DNA from: Octopus vulgaris
Taxonomy: Eukaryota
Assembly (NCBI GenBank): GCA_951406725.2
Contig: OX597814.1
Span: 21,824,001-21,888,000, forward strand
Direction of reading: 5' to 3'
Length of the DNA: 64,000 bases
Shown here: positions 40,401-54,300 of the stretch, piece after piece
Layout of the letters: the number at the start of each line of letters is the position of its first letter
How positions within the stretch are numbered: the first letter of the stretch is position 1
Made by a program: the position numbers and the translations under genes
The notes under the pieces: generated by a model
What the model saw: only the letters and a program-made list of their open reading frames with translations
The model's database searches: none
Told to the model about the DNA's origin: nothing

Positions 40401-43400
40401 TGGCACCTGATATGGATAAATATATGCAAGTATTAGTTAACATTTTCTATTTTGATCAATTTATTGACATTGTGAACGTAAGAAATGGGTTTTTTTATTA
40501 TTCACATTCAACTACATGCTACACAGCTGCAGTTAAAATACCATTCGTTACTAGATATATTTCAGTTACAAATAGTCATTCAACTGGTCAGAAATAAGAA
40601 ATTGTAAGATAAATGTTTGGCGAGCCTTCAAATCATACTTGGTAAAATATAGCAACTGTTGTAAAACATTACTCGAAAGAAACCTGAAACTATTTAATGG
40701 AAACAACGATAAAAGCAAGATATATATATACATATAATAGTAGCTTTATCATCACACCAATAAACGTTCTCATGGTAACCAAATGAAACCATCACACCCA
40801 AAGAACACATTAAATATAAATAAAAATAGAACAAAATCCCAGTTTATTAACATATATACTGTTGGATTCAACTGAAAACCCATTGATATTGCTTTTTGCA
40901 TTAACCTTATAACTAGGATGACTTACTTCTGGGCAGTTATGACAATTACATAAGATCTGTTACATTATTACTAAATACTATTAAAGTCTTCTTATTCCCA
41001 CATCCTAATTTTTAATAAAGAAGCTTCTATGTGGTGACTAAACCTGCTAGAAATAGCACTCATATTTCTTTAAAAAGGAAGGATACATTGAATGATGTTG
41101 TCCTAGATTTAAAAAAAAGACATGATGTTCAGGGTTGAAATGTCTTTGATCATAAGTTTACTTGATATAGGGTTCCTAGCCTAGAAACAAGTCCCTTTTC
41201 TTAGTAATCTGGACAACTTGAATAAGATAGTTCTATATGTATGTACATGCAAATAAAACAGATTTTATAATTATGATTTTTGGTATAGCTACAACTTAAA
41301 ATCTATTATCTTTTACCAATGTTTTGCTTCAATTTTTCGTAGGAAGTGTTGTTGTTGTCATTTCTAACCATGTTGTTTGTAGCAGACTCCTGGTTGGTAA
41401 ATTCATGTTTGAGACATATATACCACTATGATTTTCACTGAATGGTTATTTCAGTGAATGTGGTCAGAAAAATAACCAGTTATTTAACAATGCTGATAAC
41501 TATGACATTGATGTTGAATAAGGTATTCATTGTATACTCAAAGAAAAATCTCCCACTCCAAATATGCAACTCCACCTGCTGTGTATACATCCATCCATAC
41601 ATACATACATACACCCATACGTACATACATGCACCCATACATACATACACCCATACATACATACACCCATACATACATACACCTATACATACATATGTAC
41701 AAATGTACACACATAGAGTAATATTTTATACTCTTTTTGAAAACAGAGCCAGCTTCTAACAAGAAGTATTTTCACCTTATTTATGGAGATTATGTCTTGG
41801 CGTTTTCAATTTTTCCTGTTTCTTTTTGGTGTATGCTCAGAACTTAAGAAAACCTAGTATTTTTATATTTATACATGTAACACATCTCTTCTCTTTCCTA
41901 CTGTGATATTTTGATCAGTTTGACATATGTGCACCTTTAATCTTTTTATTTTTGATCATGACAAAATTACTAGTTCTTACTTTTAGCTGTATCTAACTGC
42001 ATAACCCTGGAAATATTTATGTTTATACTTCCTCAAAATTTCTAGTTAGTGCATGCATAATTTTGGAATGTTCATATTTTCTCTTCATATTTTCCTATAA
42101 TAATCATTGACTGCCTTGTCATGCTTGTGAAGGTATTGTGATGTAGTTAGAGTTAAATATACAGTTAAAATATGTTTGTAGCTTCTGCAAATTGGATATA
42201 CATAAGGCACTTATGTATTTTGATCTAATACATTCACATATAACCTTGCATATTAGTAATAGTTGTAGTACTTTGATCTCTTTACATTCTGAGTTCAAAT
42301 CCTGTCAACGTTGCCTATTTCTTTCATTCAACCAAGAGTTGAAAAGACAATTTAATTTACTGGGTGAAATGCTAAGCAGTGTTTTGCACATCGCTACATT
42401 CTGAGTTCAAATTCTGCCAAAGCTGACTTTACCTTTCATCCTTTCAGGGCCAGTAAATTAAGTACCAGTGAAACACTGGGGTCGATGTAATTGACTAGTC
42501 TCCTCCCACAAAATTTCAGGCCTTCTGCCTATAGTAGAAAGCATTATTATTATTATTATTATTATTATAATCATTAATGTTGGACTTGTGTGCAGTAATG
42601 TAAACTCTTGTGTTTTAATCTATGAGGGAACTTCTACATAGTTGCACAATCTGTTAGAGTTTTCAGCCAAACCACTCCCAAATCACACTTCAACATCTTT
42701 AAATGAGAAAAGACACATTTAGTAACATAATCCTAAAATGACAGAATGTTTGATGTTATATGTTTGATCATAAGCCTGATAATAAGAACTGGTTTAGAGT
42801 TTAACAGGAAATAGTTTTGACTATATTCATTGTGAATTCCTTGATAATGGGTCTGAACTTTATATCACTCATTCACTCTTTCTCTATAAATTTGTGTCCA
42901 TATAGGAAAATCATTTTTTTTTTTCTGTGTGTGTTGTTGTTGTTATTGCAGTGGTTGGACTGGCTGAATCATTAGAAAGTCAAACAACTTGCTTTGCAGT
43001 ATTTCATTACTGGGCTCTATGTCCGGCATTTAAATCCCACTTACATCTTTTAACCTTTTCAGGTGGATAAAATAAGGTACAAGTGAAATACTGGGGTTAG
43101 TTTGATTGATAATACCCTCTTTACAAAATGTTTAACCTTGTGCCAATGTTAACATCATTGTTGTTATGATGGGTAGGTAATGTAAAAGGTGGCGAGCTGG
43201 CAGAAACGCTAGCACGCCGAGCGAAATGCTTAGCGGTATTTTGTCTGCCGCTACGTTCTGAGTTCAAATTCCGCCGAGGTCGACTTTGCCTTTCAACCTT
43301 TTGTGTCAATAACTTAAGTACCAGTTGAGTACTGGAGTTGATGTAATTGACTTAATCCCTTTGCCTGTCCTTGTTTGTCTCCTCTGTGTGTTAGCCCCTT

Positions 43401-45332
43401 GTGGGTAATAAAGAAATAAGAATGGTGGCTGTCTAACAGTCCTCATGTTCTCTGTCAGCCATACTACCAGACTGTGTAAATTCATGGGGTTTAATGCTCA
43501 ACCTGAACTTCTGCAGATCAATGTCTGCTGGAATGACATAGACATGGAGGAACCAAGAGATTTGGTCTGAATTCTTACAAATGATTGATCTCTAAAGGCA
43601 CCCAAGGACCTGATAGGGAAGTTAAACTAAACTGTGTTACATCTGTCTTAGTAAGAAATTATTATCATCATTATCATTAAGGTAACATGCTGACAGAACC
43701 ATTATGCTGCTTTATGTTCTGAGTTCAAATGCCACTAAGGTCAACTTTACCTTTCGTTCTTTTAGAGTTGATAAAATAAGTGCGAGTTGAACATTGTGTT
43801 ACCAACTTCCCCTTCCCCTCAAAATTGCTGGCCTTGTACCAAAATTTGAAATCCTTGTTATCATTATTATTATTATTGTTGTTGTTGTTGTTGTTGTTAA
43901 GGTGGTGAGCTAACAGAATTGTTAGCACATTGGGCGAAATGCTTAGCAGTATTTCGTCTGCTGCTATGTTCTGAGTTCAAATTCCACCAAGATTGACTTT
44001 GCCTTTCATCCTTTCAGGGTCAATAAATTAAGAACCAGTCAAGTACTGGGGTCGATGTAATCGGCTACCCCACTCCCCACAAATTTCAGAACTTGTGCCT
44101 GTAGTAGAAAGGATTATTATTATTATTGTTGATGGTCCATTGGAATTTTTTTGGTATTTCTTTGCCTGAGAATATTAAAAAAAAATTCTATAAAAAAATC
44201 TATTACACTGTTTACAAGGATAATATCAAACCTCCCAGACTTTCATAATATTTCATCAGTTATTTAATATGTCACTGTATCCTGAAGCTATGAACATGAG
44301 TAGTTGTAAACACATCCTTGAAAACATTTGAAATATGATAACTTTATAAATGCTATCAAAATTTCTGTAATTCAAACTTTGATACTGCTTTCTGTAAAGG
44401 AAATATTATAAGTAAATAATAGATTTTTCCTTATTTAGAGCTTGTTATTGTGAATGCAATAGCTTTTGATATTATAATGGATTTATAATAATCAAAACAT
44501 AATTAACTTATACAAGTAATATAAGCATCTGGATAAGATTTCTCTTTCAAAAAAATTGTTTTTTATGAAAAATGTCCTGAAATATTAGAGAAAAAAAAAT
44601 TTTCTCTTCTATCTGAAATTTTTTATCCATACTTTTGTTGTAATCTTATACATACATATATGCATGCACGCACACATACACACACACACACACACACATT
44701 AATTGATGGTTAAATAGATCATGGAATTACATGGAGCATTCTTTAGCTTTAGTTAAATGAAGCTGCATTTAATTAAGTGTTGGTTCAAGTGAAATAAAGA
44801 TATAACAATCTTCTAATTATTTGTATTTCCATTACATTTACCTGGTTTGTTATATTCAGGTGAAAACACTCAGAATCGAGAGCATGAACCATTGACCGAT
44901 AACAATGACGATATTGGAGATCATCAATTGGCTCTTTATGAGGTAAGGTTTTTTTTTTTCTTTTTGTGTGTGTGTTTGTTGGTGTGTGTGTGCACTTAAG
45001 ATTTCCAGTATAGTAAAGTATTTTTTCCAGGAACACACAAAATACGGAAATACAAGCATCAAATTTGAACCCACTACTTTTGGTCATTTCCTTCCTATTC
45101 TCATCAAAAAGGACCTATCAAGCTATGTTGCTTTAACAAACTAAAAAAAAAGAAACTATTTTCAGATCCTCTTCAGGTAGGCGTAGGAGTGGCTGTGTGG
45201 TAAGTAGCTTGCTTACCAACCGGGTTCAGTCCCACTGCGTGGCAGCTTGGGCAAATGTTTTCTACTATAGCCTCGGGTCGACCAAAGCCTTGTGAGAGGA
45301 TTTGGTAGACGGAAACTGAAAGAAGCCCATCG

Positions 45333-45363
<31 letters not shown>

Positions 45364-48300
45364 ATGTGTATATGTTTGTGTGTCTGTGTTTGTCCCTCCA
45401 ACATCACTTGACAACCGATGCTGGTGTGTTTATGTCCCCGTAACTTAGCAGTTCGGCAAAAGAGACCAATAGAATTAGTACTAGGCTTACAAAGAATAAG
45501 TCCTGGAGTCGATTTCCTCAACTAAAGGCGGTGCTCCAGCATGGCCACAGTCAAATGACTGAAACAAGTAAAGGAGGTTACCACTAGTTTCAGTGCATCA
45601 CTTTCACAGAATCCATATCCTTCACTCAGTTGACTGATTGGTATTATATCAGGTAACTGAAAGAAGACTGAGAAGTAACAATGAGGACTTATGTTTTAAA
45701 ACAATTTATGGGTAATTATGCTGTATGTCCTTTGCTAGAAAGGAATAAAATAAATCTGTAGTCTTAAGGATATAAAGCAAAGGAAGACTATAAATCACAT
45801 TGAAATATAGGGAAGAAAATACGAATAGGTGAGTGAGTCAAGAATGTCTACTCTTTGTTTCAGTCATTTGACTGTGGCCATGCTGGAGCACTGCCTTTAG
45901 TCGAACAAATCGACCCCAGGACTTATTCTTTGTAAGCCTAGTACTTATTCTATCGGTCTAGTTTGCCGAACCACTAAGTTACGGCGACATAAACATACCA
46001 CCATCAGTTTTCAAGTGATGTTGGGGGGACAAACACAGACACACAAACATATGCACACACACATATATATACATATATACAAAGGGCTTCTTTCAGTTTC
46101 CATCTACCAAATCTACTCACAAGGCTTTGGTCGACCTGAGGCTATAATAGAAGACACTTGCCCAAGGTGCCACGCAGTGGGATTGAACCCGGAACCATGT
46201 GGTTGGTAAACAAGCTACTTACCACACAGCCACTCCTACGCCTGTGTTGAGATGGATTTAGAGAAATGAAAACAGTGAATCTATAAAGAAAACTACGAAG
46301 TGCATACAAAATATTGATGAATAACAAAAGAAACTGTAATGGAAGAAGAAAGGACAGATGAAACAGCATATAATCATATATAATGCTAATAACCTTGCAG
46401 CCTAAACCAGGGATGTAACCAGCCCACTTATGTGTACCTTCCCTTCATTGGACACTGCTTGCAATGACCTGTTGAGGCAAGTGAAATCAGAATCGAAATC
46501 AAATTCAATGACTGGCATCTGTGCTAGTGGAGCACTAAGAGCACCATCCGAGCGTGATTGTTGCCAGAGCAGCTAACTGGCGTTCATGCCAGTGGCACGT
46601 AAAAAGCACCATTCGAGCGTGATCGTTACCAGCATCACCTTACTGGCACTTGTGCCAGTGTGCAGGTGACACGTAAAAAAAAAACACGATTTTCCGTGAC
46701 TGTTGCCAGTACCACCTGACTGGCCCTCGTGGCATGTAAAAGCACCCACTACATTCTCAGAGTGGTTGGTGTTAGGAAGGGCATCCAGCTGTAGAAACTC
46801 TGCCAGATCAAGATTGGAGCCTGGTGCAGCCATCTGGTTCGCCAGTCCTCAGTCAAATCGTTCAACCCATGCTAGCATGGAAAGTGGACATTAAGCGACG
46901 ATGATGATGATTACAGTATTCTTCTGTGCTATGATGAGCAACTTTATAATTCACGGATTAATTTTTCATAATGTAAATTAATTCTATGACTTCCTAAGAA
47001 TGAAAATCAAACTTGGATATAAACCATAACAGCTAGGCTAGCTTTGATTTACTTGTCTCTGTTAAATTCTTATCATTAAATATAAAGCCATTAATAAATT
47101 ATGACACTCATGATATATAGCATCTATTTTAATACAAAAATACCATTTTCCTAATATGACATGTCTGAAAGTCACTGGTGTACTAATAGTAATAAATCCA
47201 AATCAAGTTGCAAGACTACTTGTTGACTTAGTTAACACAAGATCATTAAAAAGTTAATTAGAAATAATTATATTATGAAAGTAATATTGTTTTGGTTTTT
47301 TTTTTCATCTGTCAGTGAGTAAGTGAAACAACTCTGGACATGTTTTAATAAAATTAGATCTCCTTAGTATAGTATAAACTTCATTGTACTTGCCAAAGTA
47401 GCAATGAGAAAACCTCTTGGAACTTATAATTGTTGTTAAAAAGCATTCAGTTTTACTTTAACAAAATATAGTTTTGATAATATTTTGTTAGTTTTATTTA
47501 ATCGGGCTTATCTACTTTGATAAGATTTGAAATGATGAGCCATTCAATGTTTGCTATATCATTGAGTTATCTCTTATTCAGCTGTCTAACCCGAACAAAG
47601 AAATTGAGTGACTGAGCATCTTTACTCTCTGGGGGTTTATTGTAATTTACTGCTGTTGGTTCCAGTATAAGTATAGTGACTAAGATTAGAAAATGATGGA
47701 AGATCCTCCAGATGTTTGGCAGCAAATGTTGTGTGAGTCAACAAAAAGCCTCTGCAGAGTTACTTTGTCTGCTAGAAATAACAGTAAATTCCCTTAAATT
47801 ACATCCTGCTGTATTAATATGGAATGGTCACACTGGATGGCTCAGTCAGGATTGACTTGAGGTTAGGCAACAGCAACACAAAGGTTGTGACTTGCTATGC
47901 AAAGGGATATCTGTGTGAAACATTTGTAAATATATTGTTACCTTGTAGAAAGACATACTGTTGAATGTGGGATAAAATAGGTATGGCTTATCAGATATGT
48001 AATACCAAGCAGAATGCAGGTGATAAAGCATCTGAACATTAAAGTCATTGGCTGATGCGTTAAGTACTTACAATGGTGGAATGATCATGTAAACACATTC
48101 GCATGTCACCTGTGGAATATAAAACTGTAAGCTGATAGTGGGAGGCAATTTCAGTTGAACCAAACCAAAATTGAACTGGTAAAAGTGGGGGAAAATCATA
48201 TATGTAAATTTCAAACCTCCACAAATGTGATGCACTGTATATCAAAATGGATGAAGCTATGTTACGATCTACATAAATAAAACCCATGCCAGCATGAGAT

Positions 48301-51300
48301 TATATGTATACTCTTTACTCTTTTACTTGTTTCAGTCATTTGACTGTGGCCATGCTGGAGCACCGCCTTAATCGAGCAACTCGACCCCGGGACTTATTCT
48401 TTTGTAAGCCCAGTACTTATTCTATCAGTCTCTTTTGCCGAACCGCTAAGTAACGGGGACGTAAACACACCAGCATCGGTTGTCAAGCAATGTTGGGGGG
48501 ACAAACACAGACACACAAACATATATATATATATACATGTATATACGACGGGCTTCTTTCAGTTTCCGTCTACCAAATCCACTCACAAGGCATTGGTCAG
48601 CCCGGGGCTATAGCAGAAGACACTTGCCCAAGGTGCTACACAGGGGGACTGAACCCAGAACCATGTGGTTGGTTAGCAAGCTACTTACCACACAGCCATA
48701 TATATATATATATATATATAATCTTCAGTAAAATATAAATCCAAAAGAGAAGCACACTAAGTTATAAAGCAGTAGAGTATATCGGGCCTATCTATCTTTG
48801 TGTGTCTGTGTGTGTGTGTATACACACACACACACACACACACAGATACACACTCACACAATTAAAGTTACTCTACTTATATGCTTTGAAATAATAACTG
48901 AAGTTAAGTATTAAGTTTAAACTTTTAAATATACTTTTGAGTTCATTTTATATGTTTATTTAGTTTCAGTGTCAAGTAAATAAGTGCTGGCCAAATAAAA
49001 GGTCAATGACATATAATTGGCTGTATCCTCCCCAATAAAATTCCCAGCTTTCCACTTATGTTGGAATTGTGAGGGACTCACATACATGAACTTGAAATGC
49101 CTAAAAGCTTTTGTTTATTGTACTTCATCATATGGGATTTCGTTTTATACATTTTTGATGCCAGACATTCTCCTGAATCAGCTTCAGATTGAAATCTAAT
49201 TCTTGTTTATTGTAGGTAAACAAAATATGTGTACCCCAGCATATTGAGTCGCACCAATGTAAATAAGCACTAACCACCTTAAATTTTAAGGATTATATCT
49301 CATTGTGTATTGACCTAGTTATCTTAGCATTTATATATGTTGACAAGTTAATTGCTCTTTAAATAAAGGCTTAGTGGTTCTGGTATAGAATGATTTTGGG
49401 AAGATATTGTGACACATAGTCAAGCCTATCTAATAGATTTTAGATCATTATTCTTCATGAATCAGAGAAATAGTTGAAAATACTAAGTATATCATAGTCG
49501 ATGTATACATAGATGCAGATGTGGCTTTCTAATTAGGAAGTTTCCTTCCCAACCACATTTCTTCAGGTTCAGTCCCACTGCATGGCACCTTGGGGTTTGT
49601 GAGTGAATTTGGTAGATGAAAACTGGAAGAAGCCCATTATAATTATATAATTATATAACTTATGTATATAGTATACAATATATATGGTATATAATTATAA
49701 CTTGCCTGAAGACCTTGTCCACCCACAGGCAAAACTCAGAATGACAAAAGACTGCTTCAAGAAAAATTAAAATGTGTGTGTACATAAGTGTGTATATTTG
49801 TTTGTGTTTTCCTTTTATCTTGGAAAATATAAGCTAGTTCATCATCATCATCATCATCATTTAACATGTTTTCCATGCCAGCATGGGTTAAACAGTTTGA
49901 CAGGGACTGGTGAACCAGAGAGCTGTACCAGGCTCCAGTCTGATTTGACTAAATGCTATTATTAATGCCAACCATTCTAAGAGTGTAGTCTTTTACATGT
50001 CTCAGAACATACTACTTTAACCATACTCTGGCTGTTAGCCTTTTTCCTTCCTACAAAATTAGGCTCAATTGCAATTCCTTTATTCTTTTACTGGTTTCAG
50101 TCATTGGACTATGTTCATGCTAAAGTACAACCTTTAAGGGTTTTAGTTGGTTTTCATCAAGAGCTTTATCAAGCCCAATATTTATTTCAAAATTTATTTC
50201 ATCCACTTCTATTTATTGAAAGTTCAGTTACTTTTTTGACACAAAGGGACACAATTTGATGCCCCAGAATATACACACACATGTACAATCGGCTTTTGCA
50301 ACCAAATTTCACTACAAAAGGCCTGGGTCAATGCTACAACTCTACAGTAGAAGGCACTTACCAAGCTGCATATAACAGAATTATATAGTTGCTATGTGAA
50401 CTTGTTAACTATAGAATAGAACATAATCAAATATGTCCTTTGTAAACATGGTGTACTGGATGTCAGATAAGTGCTCTTGGTATGAGAAATGACTAAAGCC
50501 TTAAAGGTATTTAGAGATTCAATTAGAGCGATTATATATTAGAGAGTAAAAGTAGGAAAAGTTATATCTTAAAATCACAGGAGAGATAAGTACGTAATAT
50601 AAGCAATATTGTATTTATAAATAAATAGATAAAGTACACCTATGATCATTAAAGAATTTTTTTTTTAAGTTTTGAAAGTTCTTATAATCATTTCATGAAT
50701 ATACTACCTCTCAAAATGAAATCTAAAATTGATAAGCATCGTTCGGAAATATATTCACTCAGAGAAAAGGATGAATTTCAGTGGAGGAAATCAAATGAGG
50801 GAAATACTATTTAAAATCGAATGAGAAAAGTGTTGTTTAAAAAATTATTCCTATAAATCTGTGTTGGTATAAATTTGATCTATTTGAATAAGTGAAATAA
50901 ATCCATGGTAAAAATCCGTGGTAAGAATCTGTAATAGTTATGTAGAGATAGAATTCCCATCATCCATTTCCTCTTCCGTGTGTAATCCATAAATGTAAGA
51001 GAATAAAAGTGATTAATTGTTGTTTTTATATTTATAGAGATAAAACCAGGAGATATCATTGTTATATTTTATGCAAATGTAAATATGTTTGTGTTTTGAC
51101 TTAGTATAGAGTAAATTAATATATTATATTTAAAGTCAATTAGTTATATATTAGAAGAGTATGCTCTTCTAATATATAACTAATTATATATATATAATTT
51201 CCATAATGATTTTACAGCAACTTTATCTTTACTTGCATTTATTTTGTCTCAATTTGAAATAAGAGCAATTGAACATAATGAAACAAAATCTAATATGGGT

Positions 51301-54300
51301 GAGTCAGGGATTAGAAGTAAATCTCTGTACAAGATAGGTTCAGGACACTGTTTTGATACCAAGTAGCATCCATATCACCAGCGCTCTGGAAAAAAGACAA
51401 GAATAGCATGTACTTTTATTTTCCTACCCTATAAATCTTCTGCCCTGTGTATAGAATAAATCAACATTGCTTAGTATTCATGTCAAACTGCCAACTAACT
51501 ACCTTAGCTGGGAGTCTATGTTTCACAGACAGAAGCCATAAGTGTTAACTAATTTGTTATTATATAGGCTATGTAAATTATTGGGAAATAGGGAATATTA
51601 TGAAAGTTATTGTATTACTGTTGTAGTTACTGACTCTAAATCGTTAAGTCAAAACCAAATAAAACTTGTGCACTTTTCAGATTTTCATTCAATAATAAAT
51701 CTACAACTGTTTGTTTAAATTTTTATTTTCTTAATCTCTAAAATATTCATCATTGTATTTCCTCTTTATTTCTTTATCTTTGATTTAAACACTTTAGGAA
51801 GATTTACAACGAAGAGGTAAAGTTTCAAATATTATCAATCGAATTGGTAATTACCAAGCAGGAATTGCTCCTAACCTCGAAGAGGAAGAGGCTGCACCAA
51901 AAAAGAGCAAGGTGAGTGTATGATTATACTAGTCATTATATATTGTAATAGTTATTTTACAGAAGATTTTTCATATTTTGTAGTATATAATTCTTTATAA
52001 TCTGTTCTTAAATACTTTGACATTTACTCCTATTTTACTCGGAGTGCTATATCATTTTAAAGGAAGATACTCTAATTCATAAAGAACAAAATAGTCATGT
52101 CTAGGAATTTGTTTTGCAAGATTCCTGAATTGAAATCATGTTTAAACAGATATTATTATATTTCAGGATGGTCGTTTTTTACCTTGTCAAATACATGCAC
52201 TATATACATGCACTATATATTCGTTCTTCACTTGTTTATTATTATTCTCATTTTGTCTCATGTCCATTGTTTGGAAATCACTTGTCACACACCTGTGACC
52301 TTTTCAGTAACTCTTCTATCCCACACATGGGATGGAAGAGTCACTGAGGAGGTCACATGTCTGCGACAAAAGATTTCTAGACAATAGACATGAGACAAAA
52401 TGAGAACAATAATAAACAAGTAAAGAGCAAATATATAGTGAGTGTGTTTATTTGGCAAGAAAAGAAAATGACCCACCCAAAATATAACAAAACTAATCAT
52501 AACAAATGATTTAGCTGAGCCAGGATACCTGTCTTTATACCAAGTTATGATGGCACTTTAATGTAATGACACTTTAAGTCGTATAATTGAGAATTTCCAA
52601 GTTTATGATGAACCTTGTACATAATTTGCATGAGTGAACTATTTCAAAAAACTACAGAAAAATTATGTTACATTTCATGAAATTATTATAAACCGGGTCA
52701 TTAATTTACAAAGAAGATTGAGGTCTTTTCTTTTTTTTCCAGGGAGCCAAGCTAGGAACATTGATGGGAGTGTACCTGCCCTGCATTCAAAATATATTCG
52801 GTGTTCTGCTGTTTGTACGCATGACCTGGATTGTAGGATCTGCTGGTGCCATAGAAAGTTTTTTGATAGTGATCGTCTGCTGTTCCACGGTAAGTAATTT
52901 TTCAATATTAATGTGTTGTCCTTTTACCCCCAACTACATTCAGCTTAGAAACCAAATATCATGGCTATAATTCCTTATAAAAAATTTTTTCTTATTGCTG
53001 CCTAATATATTTAAATTTCTTGTTTCTCTTCCTAGTAAACAATAATTCTATCTTCATATTTTTGCCTTTCTGATATTCAGGTGGTTTGATAAGGCAGATT
53101 ATATATATAATTACATAATAAAAAGAGAAAAATATAAATAAACTAGCACTCTGTCAGTTATGACAACAAACGTTCCAGTTGAACTGATTAATGGAACAAC
53201 CTGCTCATGAAATTAACTTGCAAGTGGCTGAGCACTCCACAGACACGTGTATCCTTAATGTAGTTCTCAAAAAGATTCTGCATGACACAGAATGTGACAA
53301 GGCTGTCCCTTTGAATTACAGATACAACTCATTTTTGCCAGCTGAGTGAACTGGAGCAATGTAAAATAAAGTGTCTCACTCAAGAACACAATATGCTACT
53401 GGGTATCAAACCCAGGACCTTACAAAATCATGAGCCAAACCCCCTAACTGCTTAGCCACATACCTTCACATGTACTGCAATCTAAGACACTGCACTATGT
53501 CATTGTTATTATATAATTAGTAATCTTAAATATTCTCCTTACTCCGGCTATCTATCTGAGGCTTTATATAGCTATGATGCGGCCTCACCTGGAATTTGCA
53601 TCACCGGTCTGAAACCTCTATCTTGCCCAGGATATTAATCATCTGGAAACCGTTCAGCGACATGCAACCAAGAGAATACCCTCCATCAGGCATTTGCCAT
53701 ATTCTGAACGTCTTACTTCCCTGGGCATGGATACATTGAAATTCCGACGTCTGGCAGCTGACTTGGCAGACACCCATAAAATTATTAACCATCTTACAAA
53801 CAATAACTCTGAGCACCTTTTCAAACTCCACTTGTCTAACACCTGTGGACATGTTTACAAAGTCAGAAAACAGTACAGCTCCCATGACTTTTGGAAACAT
53901 TTTTTCACACTAAGAGTTGCTGAATCATGGAACAAACTGCCGGCATCAGTTGTTAGTGGTTGCAGCACTGCATCCTTCAAAACTTCCATCCTTCCTGAGA
54001 TTCACCAACACTACACCTGATTTCCTCCCCTCCATACACACGCAAGCATGTATCTGACTCATTCACTGTTAACTTTCCAGACATTTGTACATTACTGCAT
54101 ATGCTTTATGTGCACTTTTGACAAGTTGTGGTTCACCTGAGCACTGTATACAATAATTTCATTATTATTATTATTTTTAAAAAATGGTAAATGGCTCCTA
54201 CCTATTAATTGGTTAATGTTTGTATCTTTTTTTAAAAAATATATCATAAGCAAATAAAAGGTTAACTGCAGCAACTTTACAGAAATATTAAACTAGTATG

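Noticed and set aside
41590-41695. Regularly spaced repeat resembling a CRISPR array
   Set aside because: It is a simple 16-bp minisatellite with no unique spacers, in a eukaryotic context.
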